From the NCBI GenBank assembly GCA_044224875.1, contig JBGAJQ010000040.1, positions 1-48,627 on the forward strand: a DNA stretch of 48,627 bases, in the 5' to 3' direction. The notes under the pieces are model-generated. The model worked only from the letters and a program-made list of their open reading frames with translations, had not been told where the DNA came from and made no database searches. The position numbers and the translations under genes are program-made. Below are positions 47,224-48,627 of this stretch, in pieces. This DNA is from Gemmatimonadaceae bacterium (GTDB lineage: Bacteria; Gemmatimonadota; Gemmatimonadetes; Gemmatimonadales; Gemmatimonadaceae). The first letter of the stretch is position 1, and each line of letters opens with the position of its first letter.

Positions 47224-48222
47224 GTGAGAAACCTCTGGCGTCGGTTACTCGCGTACTCGACCCTCTTGCTGGCGAGTCTGGCCGTGCTCTGGGCCGTGAG
47301 CATCCGGATGCCCGGTGCGTCGTACTCGGGAGTGCTCCCGCCGCTGACGGCTGGTGAAGAGAGCACACAGGTGCATCTCACCCGCTACGTCACCGCGCTC
47401 GCTGGCGCTATTGGCGAGCGAGGCGAGACGCGCCTCGCCTCGCTCGATTCAGCCGCCAGCTACATCCGGCAGTCATTCGAGGGCTTGGGGCACAGCGTGG
47501 CAGTACAACCGTACGAGGCCAAGGGAAAGCGCTTTCAGAACCTGGAAGTGACAATTCCGGGTCGTCGCACGCCGGAGGAAGTGGTGCTCGTCGGCGCGCA
47601 CTATGACACCTACATCCAGTCGCCCGGTGCCGACGACAACAGCAGCGGCACAGCCGCCGTTCTGGAGCTTGCTCGCTTGCTCAAGGGCAGCTCGCTAGAC
47701 AGAACCGTGCGCCTTGTCGCGTTTGTCAACGAAGAGCCTCCATTCTTCTATCACGAGGACATGGGCAGTCGCCACTACGCGCGCGCAGCGCGAGCGAGGG
47801 GGGACAAGATCATCGCCATGGTATCACTCGAAACGATCGGCTACTACTCCGACGCCGAGGGGAGCCAGCACTACCCGCCCGTCCTCGGCTGGTTCTACCC
47901 GTCGCGTGGAGACTTCATTGCGTTTGTCGGCAACGTGGGCTCACGCGGTCTGGTGCATCGGGCGATCGGCTCTTTTCGTGCGAACACGCGATTCCCTTCG
48001 CAGGGCGCGGCGGCGTGGGGTGCCATTCCCGGCATCTCGTGGTCCGATCACTGGTCGTTCTGGAAGGAGGGGTACGACGCGGTGATGATTACGGACACCG
48101 CCCCGTTTCGAAATCCGCACTATCATGAGGCGAGTGATACGCCGACCATGCTGGATTATGCGCGGATGTCGCGTGTGGTGACGGGCGTGGCGCGAGTGGT
48201 GGCGGACCTTGCGACGCGATAA
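47224..48222 (+). CDS. Peptidase M28 family protein
   Basis: GAHYD, PGADDNSSG, NEEPP, SLETIG, SDH, PHYH; N-terminal TM; GTG 47224 after GGAG. Confidence 0.92.
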   Translation: MRNLWRRLLAYSTLLLASLAVLWAVSIRMPGASYSGVLPPLTAGEESTQVHLTRYVTALAGAIGERGETRLASLDSAASYIRQSFEGLGHSVAVQPYEAKGKRFQNLEVTIPGRRTPEEVVLVGAHYDTYIQSPGADDNSSGTAAVLELARLLKGSSLDRTVRLVAFVNEEPPFFYHEDMGSRHYARAARARGDKIIAMVSLETIGYYSDAEGSQHYPPVLGWFYPSRGDFIAFVGNVGSRGLVHRAIGSFRANTRFPSQGAAAWGAIPGISWSDHWSFWKEGYDAVMITDTAPFRNPHYHEASDTPTMLDYARMSRVVTGVARVVADLATR

Positions 48223-48347
48223 GCTCAATAGGGTATTGCGCTCGGAGGCGACCGGCGCCGATCGACGACTCTTCTCGTCTTCCGGGGCGAACTGACGAAC
48301 GGCTCAGAATGGTACGGGCGAAGCGTTCAGCGACAACGCGGGGGACC

Positions 48348-48627
48348 ATGGACCACAACCGATGGCGTCGAGCGCTCCACATGGTCGCCGGAGTGTTGCT
48401 CGTCGGGTCGCCGGTCACGATGCTCGGCCAAAGTACTTCCACACTCATCGTCACGGTACTCCGCGATACGACAGACGTGGCCGTTGCAGCCGCCGAAGTG
48501 GCCGTTCCGGGGTTGGAGCTGTCGGCGAGGACGGATGGGAAGGGGTTGGCGGTCGTGAAGGGCATCGAGGCGGGGTCGTTTCTGGTGACGGTGAAGAAGC
48601 TCGGATTTACCCCCGTCGCCGTGTCCC
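48348..48627 (+). CDS. Secreted protein with a carboxypeptidase-regulatory-like domain (3'-truncated; often the N-terminus of TonB-dependent receptors)
   Basis: Not in the ORF track. My translation: MDHNRWRRALHMVAGVLLVGSPVTMLGQ...VAAAEVAV...ARTDGKG...GIEAGSFLVTVKKLGFTP. Confidence 0.75.
   Translation, partial: MDHNRWRRALHMVAGVLLVGSPVTMLGQSTSTLIVTVLRDTTDVAVAAAEVAVPGLELSARTDGKGLAVVKGIEAGSFLVTVKKLGFTPVAVS

Noticed and set aside
1..48627. CRISPR array, tRNA, rRNA, transposase or prophage
   Set aside because: No regularly spaced repeats, RNA-gene signatures or mobile-element protein motifs were seen by eye.

Overview
A GC-rich (roughly two-thirds GC by eye), gene-dense bacterial window with about 31 coding regions. 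Gene content (PadR plus ADOP permease, DUF885, secreted amidohydrolase, carboxypeptidase-regulatory-domain protein) suggests Gemmatimonadota or an Acidobacteriota-like lineage; this is inference. I saw no rRNA, tRNA, CRISPR array, transposase or integrase. Main points: (1) a tightly packed 7-gene minus-strand operon (10784-18595) joining a PspA/IM30 (bacterial ESCRT-III-like) protein, a classical-clade AAA ATPase, a 2-TM coiled-coil protein, a membrane-anchored vWA protein and a TauABC-like ABC transporter whose binding protein is fused to an OmpA-like peptidoglycan-binding domain, a candidate envelope-sensing or membrane-remodelling system; (2) a non-palindromic motif (G)CCTAACG that I counted 28 times, in several reading frames and forcing rare codons; (3) a complete Phe/Trp leader-peptide attenuator upstream of an ACT-less prephenate dehydratase; (4) a plsA/plsR (Ger)-like gene pair that may make ether lipids; (5) a nested 40-bp palindromic operator at padR and a candidate structured RNA at 27905-28075. 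All calls are from reading motifs by eye; no searches were run.
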